A DNA stretch of 63,749 nt, the filler included. It is 7 parts of 7 records of this genome, joined end to end, with 100 filler letters (N's around TTAATTAATTAA, not from the genome) between each part and the next. Parts side by side here need not be neighbours in the genome. Positions count along the whole stretch, not along the records: positions 8,027 to 19,372 come from SRR20825010_6943; positions 19,473 to 28,349 come from SRR20825010_6951; positions 28,450 to 34,527 come from SRR20825010_6958; 4 more parts are not named here. One strand, written 5' to 3'. The translations under genes were made by a program, and so were the position numbers. Every line of letters starts with the position of its first letter. The stretch's first letter is position 1. This document shows positions 19,295 to 28,585 of the stretch, in pieces. Below the pieces are notes generated by a model that made no database searches, was not told the DNA's origin, and saw nothing but the letters and a program-made list of their open reading frames with translations.

Positions 19295-19372
19295 TGCAAG
19301 ACACCCAAGCGCGCCGGCTGGAGTTGCCGGCGCTACCCCAGGCGGTCAGTCTGGACCCGACCACAACGGCGC
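19291..19372 (+). CDS. N-terminal fragment, possibly an isochorismatase/RutB-like cysteine hydrolase
   Basis: ATGA overlap with the upstream stop; MMQDTQARRLELPALPQAVSLDPTTTA resembles 'LDPxxTALIVVD' starts; cut by the contig end. Confidence 0.4.
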
Positions 19373-19472
19373 NNNNNNNNNNNNNNNNNNNNNNNNNNNN
19401 NNNNNNNNNNNNNNNNTTAATTAATTAANNNNNNNNNNNNNNNNNNNNNNNNNNNNNNNNNNNNNNNNNNNN
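19373..19472. other. Artificial contig spacer
   Basis: N44-TTAATTAATTAA-N44. Confidence 0.99.
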
Positions 19473-20255
19473 GCGGAATCAGATACGCCGACCCCGCTGG
19501 TGATTTACATTCATGGCGGCGGTTTTGTAGGCGGGAGCAAACAGTTAAATCCCCGGATCGTACAGCTGTATCATGATGCCGGCATCAGCATGGCTGCGAT
19601 TCACTATCGCTTTATTGATGGCGAAAAGATTCTGCTGCCTGAACCGCAGCGTGACGGTGCCCGGGCTGTGCAGTTCCTGCGGAGTAAAGCGAAAGAGTGG
19701 AATATCGATCCAAAGCGTGTTGCCTGTTATGGGGGTTCCGCTGGCGCGGGGATTTCGATGTGGATTGGCTTTCACGATGATCTGGCAAAACCGAACAGTC
19801 AGGATTCAGTCGAACGCGAGTCGACCCGCATCCAGGCCATCGGCACCATGGGAGGCCAGAGCACCTACGATCCGATCAAAATCAAAGCCCTGGTCGGCGG
19901 CCGGGCATGGGAGCATCCTTCCATATTCAAAGCGTACGGCGTGACAACTGCCGAAGAAGCATTGCACCCGACGGCGGAACAGCAGAAACGCTACGATGAG
20001 TCGTCGGCGATTACGCATCTGACCAAAGACGATCCGGCGTTGTACATGATCTACAGCGAAGCCGACGGCCCCCTGCCCGAGAATGCACGGCCCGGCCAGG
20101 GCATTCATCATCCCAACTTCGGCCGTGACCTGGTCAAGAAAATGAATGTGCTGGGTATCGAAAACGTCTTCGTCTACACCGGCGACAACAAAAGCGGTGC
20201 CTCCCCCCAGGCAATGCTGGAGTTCTTTCAGAAACAGTTTGCGAAGGTGAAGTAG
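19473..20255 (+). CDS. Alpha/beta hydrolase (HSL-like esterase), 5'-truncated
   Basis: HGGGF oxyanion hole, GGSAG nucleophile, IHHPNFG. Confidence 0.88.
   Translation, partial: AESDTPTPLVIYIHGGGFVGGSKQLNPRIVQLYHDAGISMAAIHYRFIDGEKILLPEPQRDGARAVQFLRSKAKEWNIDPKRVACYGGSAGAGISMWIGFHDDLAKPNSQDSVERESTRIQAIGTMGGQSTYDPIKIKALVGGRAWEHPSIFKAYGVTTAEEALHPTAEQQKRYDESSAITHLTKDDPALYMIYSEADGPLPENARPGQGIHHPNFGRDLVKKMNVLGIENVFVYTGDNKSGASPQAMLEFFQKQFAKVK
20223..20248 (+). repeat. 26-bp direct repeat, copy 1 (3' end of the esterase gene)
   Basis: TTCTTTCAGAAACAGTTTGCGAAGGT, identical to 21691-21716. Confidence 0.95.
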
Positions 20256-20360
20256 GGTCAGTTTTTTTTTCGCACGTGCCCCGATAGTATTTCTGCGTGC
20301 GGATTCGTCTTTACAAAAGAATCAATCAGGATGGGCAGTCTAAAATGGACTGAACGAAAA

Positions 20361-20385
20361 CCGGGGCTAATGCCCTGCGGCTAAT
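20361..20385. repeat. REP-like imperfect hairpin
   Basis: CCG-GGGC-TAAT-GCCC-TG-CGG-CTAAT; resembles planctomycete intergenic repeats (recalled, not verified). Confidence 0.45.
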
Positions 20386-20454
20386 GGGGATCGCTTTGCG
20401 GTCGCGTGCGTGGTGGAACAGAGAACGGTGAATATCGTATCGCCATCAGGCCGA

Positions 20455-21558
20455 TCAGGAAGGAAACATATCCGCGTATTTGAGTCTGACCTTATAAGGC
20501 AGTAACGCAAGAATACAAAATCCCAGAAATGGGAGAATAAAGAGTGCTAGAATCGAGCTGATCCAGATTTGTAACAGGACCACGATTCGGAGGGCGAACA
20601 TCGATTCGGGCAAGTGGTTTCCAGCGTCCTTATGGAGAAAGACACCTGTCATAAAAGCAAGCAGGAATAATGCAATGGGAACCATAAACACGAAGGAGAA
20701 ACCAAGCTCTCCGGAGTACCCTTTATCCTGTGCGATGTGAATGGCACTGATCAGGGAACCAGCAATCAGCACAGCAAGAGACAGGATTCCGACTGAAACG
20801 GCTAATAAATGCCATGGTATCAGACCGGTGCTGCTGGCTGTGGAATCGAGATATCCTACGGAAACTGCTATAAATTTCCATAATTTCTCATCACCATCCA
20901 AAAGTTTCCATAATACCACATCGGTGATTCTGGGATTAGTATCGACATAATATATGGCTAAGAAAAATGCTCTCAATACAATATATAGAATCATACTGAA
21001 CAGCAGAGTCTTGTAGCCGCTACTCAGGGGACGCTTTGATTTGGCTTGCATCTCTTCGGCGGCCTGAACACGAAATTGCGGTAATGTCTCACGTCCGTTT
21101 TTGAGAACCGCCATGAGTTCACCAGGTGTCGTCACGATAAGAGTATCAGGATAGCGCGACGAAACCTGCTGCGCGTTGCTTTCTGAAGTCACGATTGCCG
21201 TTCCCTCAGCCTGGGCAGGTAGAATGACGAGGTCTCCCTGTTCAGCCAGTGCAAACAGGAATCGCATATTATCTATCGAAATTCCATAGAGTCGAACCAT
21301 GCCGCTACTGAAGTCTGACTGATCTTTGGGTTGATCAAAGAAGACTTCGACTTTGCTGCAATCTGCAAGATGGGGATGATAGCAGCCATTGCTGTCAGGT
21401 GCGGGGGCATCGGCGGCCTTTAGAAATTCGCGAAGGGTGTCGCACCGGGAGGCGATGCTAGATTCGGTAGAAGGTGCGTTTCCGGTTTCCGGAGACTGGG
21501 TTGCTCCTGCTGCTTGACGGGGCTGGTGACAAAACTGGAACTGGAAATCTAAACTCAT
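20455..21558 (-). CDS. Hypothetical two-domain protein (soluble N-domain plus about four TM helices)
   Basis: 367-aa ORF with GGAAGG RBS; hydrophilic first ~175 aa, then hydrophobic helices. Confidence 0.75.
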   Translation of the reverse strand: MSLDFQFQFCHQPRQAAGATQSPETGNAPSTESSIASRCDTLREFLKAADAPAPDSNGCYHPHLADCSKVEVFFDQPKDQSDFSSGMVRLYGISIDNMRFLFALAEQGDLVILPAQAEGTAIVTSESNAQQVSSRYPDTLIVTTPGELMAVLKNGRETLPQFRVQAAEEMQAKSKRPLSSGYKTLLFSMILYIVLRAFFLAIYYVDTNPRITDVVLWKLLDGDEKLWKFIAVSVGYLDSTASSTGLIPWHLLAVSVGILSLAVLIAGSLISAIHIAQDKGYSGELGFSFVFMVPIALFLLAFMTGVFLHKDAGNHLPESMFALRIVVLLQIWISSILALFILPFLGFCILALLPYKVRLKYADMFPS

Positions 21559-21690
21559 GGCACCTTCCCTGCACTGGTATTGATTTTAAATCAGAAAAGC
21601 AGTGTATTCCATTGTGCAGAGACTGTCTATTCTCTCTGGAGTATTTTTCTCGCCTGACGATTTCGCCGAAAGACTCTATCGAGACTGCCA

Positions 21691-21716
21691 TTCTTTCAGA
21701 AACAGTTTGCGAAGGT
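21691..21716 (+). repeat. 26-bp direct repeat, copy 2
   Basis: Identical to 20223-20248. Confidence 0.95.
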
Positions 21717-21756
21717 CGAGCAGAAGCACTTTCTTCTCGTGAGATTTTGTAGTCGT

Positions 21757-22494
21757 TCAGCCTCCGAATACGGTTTTCATCGCGGTCGACAGATCCCGGA
21801 AGGCCTGTTCTCCGTTGCCGGTGAAGCTGGAGCCGTGCATGATGGCCAGGGTTTTCGGTTTCAAAGCGGCCAGTTTCTGCAGAATTTTGTCGGTCTGTTT
21901 TGTGTAGGGGATGTAGTCGGCCAGCGGACCGGCCTGCATCTGCTGCATCGTCGTCAGGACCTGTTCTGACAGATCGCTTTCGGTGAGCGCGTCCGGGTTA
22001 CCTCCCTGGTGAAACAGGTCCGAGCAGAACAGCGTCCCTTGCGACTCTTCATACAGCAGCCCCGCATCCCAGCCATGCGGGAGTTGCGCGGTCGAGCAGA
22101 AGCGGTATTGATGTCTGCCTGTATTGAGCAGTTCGCCGTCGACCATGCCTTTCGGCGGTCGGATTGCGAAGTCGTTGATATTCACCATCGCCGAAACCAG
22201 GCTGCAGACTGGTTCTGCTTCGGGCGCCACTTCCAGCCACTGGTTGAGTGCCCCGCATTCATCCGACTCAAAATGACTGAAGGCAATATATCGGAGCGTC
22301 GCCGGATCGATAACCTGCTCGACCGCTTTTAAGAGCTGCGGAAAGCTGGCCTTGTACCCGGTCGTAAATAACAAGGGCTCATCATCGCGCACCAGAAAAT
22401 AATTAAACTGCAAATCCAGAGCCGGCGCATAACAGCCAAGACGAAACACATTCGGAGCAATTTCGTTGATGGTGGGTGGGTCGAAGTTGAACAT
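21757..22494 (-). CDS. MBL-fold di-iron protein (FprA/ODP-like, no flavodoxin domain)
   Basis: SHFESDECG, PHGWD, LFCSDLF, MHG. Confidence 0.85.
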   Translation of the reverse strand: MFNFDPPTINEIAPNVFRLGCYAPALDLQFNYFLVRDDEPLLFTTGYKASFPQLLKAVEQVIDPATLRYIAFSHFESDECGALNQWLEVAPEAEPVCSLVSAMVNINDFAIRPPKGMVDGELLNTGRHQYRFCSTAQLPHGWDAGLLYEESQGTLFCSDLFHQGGNPDALTESDLSEQVLTTMQQMQAGPLADYIPYTKQTDKILQKLAALKPKTLAIMHGSSFTGNGEQAFRDLSTAMKTVFGG

Positions 22495-22565
22495 GAGGCT
22501 GGTTTCTGGTGATCGAGAAAGATGGAAATCAACGATGGCACATGATGATAGTAATACAACTGTTT

Positions 22566-23948
22566 TCAGTCAGTTTTCGATGTTAATTTTGCTGGCTCAC
22601 GATGGTAGGGTTTTTCTTCAAGGTAGAGTTTCAATCGAGTCTCGAATTTCTTCTCTCTGGACTTCTGTTCAATTCGTTGTGTTACCTTTTTCTGGTATTT
22701 GATTGCTTGTTCAAAATTCCCCATTTCAGCGTAAGCAGCAGCCAGCGTATCAAGGTATTCCGGATCCCTCCACCTTGTTAGTTCACATGCTTTTTCTCCC
22801 GCTACTAAGGCCGCTTTTCCATCCCTGTATTCAGCGTCTGGACAAGTGGAGCGAATCCACGAGATACCATTGTATCCGTTTGGCCAATCGGGGCGTTGAC
22901 GAATGACTTCCTTGTAATCCTCAATCGCTTTATCGTACTTACCATGAGTGTCATGACAGTGTGCACGGGAAATAAGGTACATTGTTTCAAGCGGATCCTT
23001 CTCGATGAGCGCGTTAAATTCTTTAATCGCTTTATCATATTTCCCGGTCGCACTGTAGGCGTAAGCACGACTATTATATGCAGGCCAGAATTCCGGATCG
23101 AATTGTATTGCAGTATTAAAATCCGGAATCGCTTTGGCAGGTTTACCTTGTTGATACCAAGTGAGACCACGTTTGTAGTAGGTTAAATGAGAATTATTGG
23201 AGAGCCGTATTGAAGTATTGTAGTCATTTAGTGCCTGATCATATTGCTCTAGTTCAAACCAGGTATCAGCCCGCTTAGTAAAAGCATCAGTGTATTCAGG
23301 GTTAAGCTCAATTGCCTTATTTAAATCTGCCAATGCATTCTGATAGGCAGGGGCATAGTGTTTTCCTCTCTCGTACTGCGAGGCACCACGATAGTAATAT
23401 GATTTACTATTGTGAGGGTAATGTTTGATGGCATCGTCTAGATAATTAGTTGCTGTGTCATATTCTGTTCGGGAAAACCAGGTAACGGCCTCATAGTGAT
23501 ATGCCAAGGCATTTCGTGAATTAAAACGGATTGCCCAGGTAAAGTCGTCTAATGCTTTACTGGATTCGTTTTGAGCAAACCAGGAAATACCTCGGTTTGT
23601 GTATGCCCACGAGCTGAAAGGGTTTTTTGTTTTAATGTAATCGGTATAGTAGGCAACCGCTTCATCCAGAGGTAGCACATGAGATTTCTCAACCCAACCC
23701 CCATCCACTTTTAAGAATTCACTTTCGGTTTTATTGACCTTCAATGGGAATTGAATACTCTCGGCGGGAACTTCTTCTTTGGCTTTACTGGTTTTGAAAT
23801 ACTTAATCTGGGCATTAGGCATGAATTGCTTGCCGGTCCAGTCTTCTGCATAAAGCGATGACGGGAATACGAATAAAACAGTGAGTAAACTGAAATAAAG
23901 CGTTCGCGATAGTTTGGGGATATTGCAAAAATACATGAGTTTATTCAC
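22566..23948 (-). CDS. Exported tetratricopeptide repeat protein
   Basis: Signal peptide and many TPRs (AYTNRG, ALADLNKAIELNP); C-terminal STCPDAEYRDGK.A...ACELT...LDTLAAAYAE typical of planctomycete TPR proteins. Confidence 0.9.
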   Translation of the reverse strand: MNKLMYFCNIPKLSRTLYFSLLTVLFVFPSSLYAEDWTGKQFMPNAQIKYFKTSKAKEEVPAESIQFPLKVNKTESEFLKVDGGWVEKSHVLPLDEAVAYYTDYIKTKNPFSSWAYTNRGISWFAQNESSKALDDFTWAIRFNSRNALAYHYEAVTWFSRTEYDTATNYLDDAIKHYPHNSKSYYYRGASQYERGKHYAPAYQNALADLNKAIELNPEYTDAFTKRADTWFELEQYDQALNDYNTSIRLSNNSHLTYYKRGLTWYQQGKPAKAIPDFNTAIQFDPEFWPAYNSRAYAYSATGKYDKAIKEFNALIEKDPLETMYLISRAHCHDTHGKYDKAIEDYKEVIRQRPDWPNGYNGISWIRSTCPDAEYRDGKAALVAGEKACELTRWRDPEYLDTLAAAYAEMGNFEQAIKYQKKVTQRIEQKSREKKFETRLKLYLEEKPYHREPAKLTSKTD

Positions 23949-23977
23949 GAGTTAGAGATTATCGATGATCGGCGAGT

Positions 23978-24007
23978 CAGTGTCATTAGTATATACTGAT
24001 GACACTG
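23978..24007. promoter_or_regulatory. 30-bp palindrome with a -10-like hexamer on each strand, between divergent genes
   Basis: CAGTGTCATTAGTATATACTGATGACACTG (one mismatch); TATACT occurs on both strands. Confidence 0.55.
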
Positions 24008-24102
24008 CTGATTACTATCTTTAATTATGTTGGTTCAGACTTATGCAAGTCGAGGATTACTCATTTTTCCTATATCTACAAGATGAAAAACAGAAGAATC
24101 TC

Positions 24103-24597
24103 ATGAAACAACGCAATTCAGGCCGGGCGATTTTGTTGAATGAACGAGATCAGGTGCTGTTGATGCGGCATGAAGACAGTGCTCCGGTTGATCCTGCGCG
24201 TCTGGATGTGTTTGGTTACTGGGCGACTCCCGGTGGTGGGATTGAATCCGGGGAATCAGCACTTGAAGCGCTGCGGCGGGAGTTGCGGGAAGAACTGGGG
24301 CTGACGGAGGTGGCGATCGGACGGCGAGTTGGCGTGCGTGAGGTTCAGCTGGACCTGCCCGGGATCGGGGCTGTGTTCAGTCATGAAACGTATTATGAGT
24401 GCCGAGTGAGTGAGACACCTGTGTTGAATCGCGAAGGTTTATCGGAATGGGAGCGGCGGGTCTGCAAAGCGATCCGCTGGTGGTCGCGGGAAGAACTGGC
24501 AGGCACGCTTGAGATACTGCGGCCTGCTGCCTTACCGGAACTGGTGGAGCGGGCCTGCTCTAAGGAGTGGGAAGTGATCCTGTCGATTTCACAGTGA
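24103..24597 (+). CDS. NUDIX hydrolase
   Basis: Nudix box GGGIESGESALEALRRELREELG. Confidence 0.9.
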   Translation: MKQRNSGRAILLNERDQVLLMRHEDSAPVDPARLDVFGYWATPGGGIESGESALEALRRELREELGLTEVAIGRRVGVREVQLDLPGIGAVFSHETYYECRVSETPVLNREGLSEWERRVCKAIRWWSREELAGTLEILRPAALPELVERACSKEWEVILSISQ

Positions 24598-24647
24598 AAA
24601 CCTGAGGCGAAGAGAACCTTGAGGGAGTTTTGATAAGCGGGAATTCA

Positions 24648-26054
24648 CTAGTGAGGGATTGGTTCCTGGAATCGCGGAGTCTCGTTTTTCGGAGGCTTGT
24701 TTTCCAGGATGCGGTACAAAGTTCTGCGGTGCATTCCCAGCATTCTGGCTGCTTCCGCCTTGTTTCCTCCACAACGCTTTACAACCTCGCTCACCATATA
24801 CTGCTCCATGGATTTCAGATCACCGTTCATCGGAACCGAGATGGAATTTTTACTCCCGATAGATCTCGGTGGATTTGAGATTTTGAGTTGTTCAGCGACA
24901 AATGAACTGTCGCCAAGAATAACAATTTTGGAGAGTACCGTTGTCAGCTCCTGTATATTGCCGGGCCAGTAGTAGCTGGTGAGCGCTTCCCACGTGTCTT
25001 GATCGATCATGTGTCGGCAGTTTTGATTTTTGTCATTTCCCGTACGGCTTAACTGCTCCAGGATATGGATGCTGAGTGGTTTGATATCCTCACGTCTTTC
25101 ACGGAGTGGTGGGACGTTAATGGGAAGCAGGTTCAGCCAGTCATAAAGACTTCTGTGGAAAGTGCCTCTGGAGACTGCTTCTCTGAGGTCCGTTGTCGTT
25201 GACGCAATCAGTCTCAGAAAACAGGATTCGGAGTCGATGCGGGAAGGCATTCTTAATAAGCCATGTTCACGCATGCCGAGAAGTTGTTTCTGTTCATACA
25301 TCGGCAGCTGATCAATATCCTCAAGAAAGATTGTCCCTTTGTTGTAATTCAAATTGGAATGACTTTGTTCTATCTTTTTCAGAACAAAAATTTCCGGCTG
25401 GTGAACCTGTTCGCTGTTGCCGATGGAAGCACAGTTGATTTGTGTGAATGGTTCGTTTGCCTTTTGACTGAATCGATGAATCATTTTCGCGAGCGTTTTT
25501 TTCCCGACACTGACTTCCCCCTGCAGCAGGATGGGAAAATCCAGGCGTGAAATCCGTTTGATCGCCAAAAGAATTTTCTGCATGGAAGTACTGACACCGA
25601 CGAAGTATTCCTGATCCGGAATGGTTGCAGACGCACTTTGTGTTTCTTGGGGGGGCGTCTTTTGCTTTATTTTTTTGCTGGCTCGATTGATCTGAACCGC
25701 GTGATGCAGCGAATTGATGATTTGCTGACGATTGAAAGGCTTTGTGACGTAATCGCAGACTCCCAGACGGATGCCTGCAATGGCAGAATCCAATGAACCA
25801 CAACCGGTCATAATGATGGAAGTGATGTCGGGTTGGATATGAACTGCTTTTCGGATCAGGCTGATTCCATCTTCATCGGGGAGTAGTAAATCGGCAATCA
25901 AAACATCGATGGAATGCTCGTTTAAATAATTGATAGCTTCTCTTGTATTCGACGCTAAAAAGGCTTGCATGCCTTCACTCTGAACGAATTTCCGGACGAG
26001 ATTTCCAACGCCTGTATCATCTTCGACTATCAGTATTGTTTCCAGATTTGTCAT
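24648..26054 (-). CDS. NtrC-like response regulator (REC, degenerate AAA+, Fis HTH)
   Basis: REC (VEDD, IADLLLPD, TKPF), GEVSVGK, FLEDID, PPLRERREDI, WPGNIQEL, GNKAEAARMLGMHRRTLYR; no GAFTGA. Confidence 0.88.
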   Translation of the reverse strand: MTNLETILIVEDDTGVGNLVRKFVQSEGMQAFLASNTREAINYLNEHSIDVLIADLLLPDEDGISLIRKAVHIQPDITSIIMTGCGSLDSAIAGIRLGVCDYVTKPFNRQQIINSLHHAVQINRASKKIKQKTPPQETQSASATIPDQEYFVGVSTSMQKILLAIKRISRLDFPILLQGEVSVGKKTLAKMIHRFSQKANEPFTQINCASIGNSEQVHQPEIFVLKKIEQSHSNLNYNKGTIFLEDIDQLPMYEQKQLLGMREHGLLRMPSRIDSESCFLRLIASTTTDLREAVSRGTFHRSLYDWLNLLPINVPPLRERREDIKPLSIHILEQLSRTGNDKNQNCRHMIDQDTWEALTSYYWPGNIQELTTVLSKIVILGDSSFVAEQLKISNPPRSIGSKNSISVPMNGDLKSMEQYMVSEVVKRCGGNKAEAARMLGMHRRTLYRILENKPPKNETPRFQEPIPH

Positions 26055-26468
26055 GATGTGCTCTTACTGTCAAGAGGATGAAAATATTGGAAATGCAATG
26101 ATTTTCAATGTGGCACTATTGAGATGTGGCTGCTTCCTCTGAGTTGACTGGGGAAAAGGTGAAAGTCTGTTTGAATGCAACATCTGATTAGAAATGTGGT
26201 TTCCATTGAAACAGTATCATACTGCATACATGTCCAATTTGTAAATGTCAGTTTCTGTTATCAGGGGGCTAAACCGTGCAGTGTGCCAGATTGTCTTAGT
26301 CTCGAACTAGTTCTGCTCCGACAGATTTTGAATGCATGAAGAGTCCGTGGTTTTAATCTCTTGTTTATCGAAATACGGCTTGTTCGGTGAAATGCAAATA
26401 CGAGATCGAATGTTGTTGGAGACGCACTATGGAATAGTTTGTCGAGTGACAACTCTGACCAGTGTTGT

Positions 26469-26487
26469 CTGTGACAACAGGTCACAG
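26469..26487. promoter_or_regulatory. Candidate Fis-HTH regulator binding site
   Basis: Perfect dyad CTGTGAC-AACAG-GTCACAG with related imperfect sites on both sides. Confidence 0.5.
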
Positions 26488-26657
26488 CGTGGCTGCGCAC
26501 CCGAGACGCACTGCCTCAAATAAGTGGTTCTTTTTGCATTTTGTTATGTAACTGTGTTAGGACGACGATATGTTTTGCGTTAGTTAATTGTGAAGACGTG
26601 TAAGAGTTGTGATTAATATCATGTTCATGACTCAGGCTGTGTCGGAAGGAATGAATA

Positions 26658-26885
26658 ATGAATAGTCAAACTGTCATGTTTCGAAATCTACCGGAAATGG
26701 CTATGAAAACAGAGTCAAATCACAGATACGGATTCGATCTGGCTCTGCAGATGTCAAAGCGGAATACGACAAATCCGGGGCTTGGTGATAAGCCTGATAA
26801 TGCGAGAGTCATACCTGAGAGTGCCTTTTTAAAATTATTGCGAACGGAATTCAAGAAGTCTCTTGATGGAACGAAAAGTATCTGA
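26658..26885 (+). CDS. Small hypothetical protein (75 aa)
   Basis: ATG preceded by GGAAGGA; upstream of and co-oriented with the second regulator. Confidence 0.5.
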   Translation: MNSQTVMFRNLPEMAMKTESNHRYGFDLALQMSKRNTTNPGLGDKPDNARVIPESAFLKLLRTEFKKSLDGTKSI

Positions 26886-27106
26886 ACAGAACGCCCCGCT
26901 TCCTGATTCAAAAAAACAATTCCCAAATGCCGTTAATGGTATATGATTTCAGTTGTGCTGACTTCAAGTAATTCACCATTCTGAAAGGGAATCTGAATTC
27001 AATTTGTAGAAATATGACAGGGCTTACGTCTTAAGTTGCATTCTAATGATAGCGCGATTTCGAATCAGTGCTCTTCGAGAAGTCGCATCGAGTGGAAGGA
27101 TCGACA

Positions 27107-28349
27107 ATGAAATGCAAAGAAGCAGTCCTGGTCATTGATGGTGAGGACAGTGTCGGGCAATTTGTCAAAGACACTTTGGAGACCGAAGGAAAGCAGGTAT
27201 TTCTTGCCTCCACAGCACGGGAAGGTCTGGAATATCTGCAGAGTCAACGTGTCGATATTCTATTTTCAGAGCTTCAACTTCCGGATGGAGATGGTATCAC
27301 AGTCATCCGCAAATCCGTGCAGATCCACCCGAACATCGCTTCGGTGGTTATATCTGGATTCGGGACTCTTGAATCCGCCATCGAAGCGATGCGCTTGGGA
27401 GTCTGTGATTATATCACTAAACCTTTTAGCCGGCAGCAGGTTTCTAGAGCCCTTCACCGTGCCATCAATCTCACAAAGCTGAGTACATTTCCTAAGTGGG
27501 AAAACGTTTCCACACCTGTCTCCGGGAATTCAATCAGCAAATGTCTGATTGCGAAAAGCAGTCCGATGCGGGAAGTGATTGCCCAGGGAAAGAAATTCTC
27601 CCAAATGGATATCCCCGTTCTGATACAAGGCGAAATTGGTGTCGGGAAAAAGACGCTGGCAAAACTGATTCACAGGCACAGTCCCTTTTCAGATGGTCCT
27701 TATATTCACATCAATTGCTCAATCATCGAAAGTACCGAACGCTTTAATAAACAAGGTGTTGGGATTCTCAATCGTCTGTTGCAGGTCGATTCGGTTGAAA
27801 ACGCTCAGAAGACGACGCTCTTCCTGGAAGACATTGATCAGTTGCCTAAGTTAGAACAACGGCAGTTGCTGATGATGCTGAAAGAAGGGTTGGTGAAGGC
27901 TCCCTGGTCACCCGTTTCGAAAGCAAATGCAATTCGGCTCATTACTTCCACAGCCGTTGATCTCAAGTCTGCCGTTCTTCAGAATGAATTTCATCGCAGT
28001 TTATACGATAATTTGAACATACTGCCGATTCTCGTTCCCCCGCTGCGTGAGAGAAGAGAAGACATCATTCCTCTGGCAATGCAAATCCTGGAGCAACTCT
28101 GCCATGTCTGGAATTGTAATTTTGCAGAATGTCGAGGCCGGATCAGTAACGAAATCTGGGAAATGATGTATGAATATTCCTGGCCGGGTAACGTCCAGGA
28201 ACTGACCAGTGTGCTCTCCCGAGTACTTCTGACTGGCGACAGTGCGGAGGTGGCGAAACTGCTCAAGCAGTCTGATCCAATAACTCAGAATGAAGAAATG
28301 ATTTCAGTCCCCTTTATTGGCGACCTGAAACAGATGGAACGCCATATGG
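27107..28349 (+). CDS. Second NtrC-like regulator (pseudo-receiver, degenerate AAA+), 3'-truncated
   Basis: VIDGED, LFSELQLPD (Glu at the phosphoacceptor), GEIGVGK, FLEDID, WPGNVQEL; no GAFTGA. Confidence 0.85.
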
Positions 28350-28449
28350 NNNNNNNNNNNNNNNNNNNNNNNNNNNNNNNNNNNNNNNNNNNNTTAATTA
28401 ATTAANNNNNNNNNNNNNNNNNNNNNNNNNNNNNNNNNNNNNNNNNNNN
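28350..28449. other. Artificial contig spacer
   Basis: N44-TTAATTAATTAA-N44. Confidence 0.99.
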
Positions 28450-28566
28450 GGCACGCTGTCGAGCTGGTGGACCAAGATCCTGATCGGAATGCTGCTGTTT
28501 GCGTTCATCGTGCTACAAAAGGGGCTGGTCTGGACTTCAGGCAAGAGACGGGCGGCCGGGGGATAG
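28450..28566 (+). CDS. yjfF: C-terminus of a sugar (galactofuranose-type) ABC permease
   Basis: GTLSSWWTKILIGMLLFAFIVLQK signature; not in ORF track. Confidence 0.8.
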   Translation, partial: GTLSSWWTKILIGMLLFAFIVLQKGLVWTSGKRRAAGG

Positions 28567-28585
28567 ACGGCCAGGGAGAGAATAT

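Noticed and set aside
21558-21572. TGGCAC-CTTCC-CTGC sigma54-like motif
   Set aside because: Overlaps the start codon and RBS of the minus-strand gene and points into no plausible CDS; probably chance
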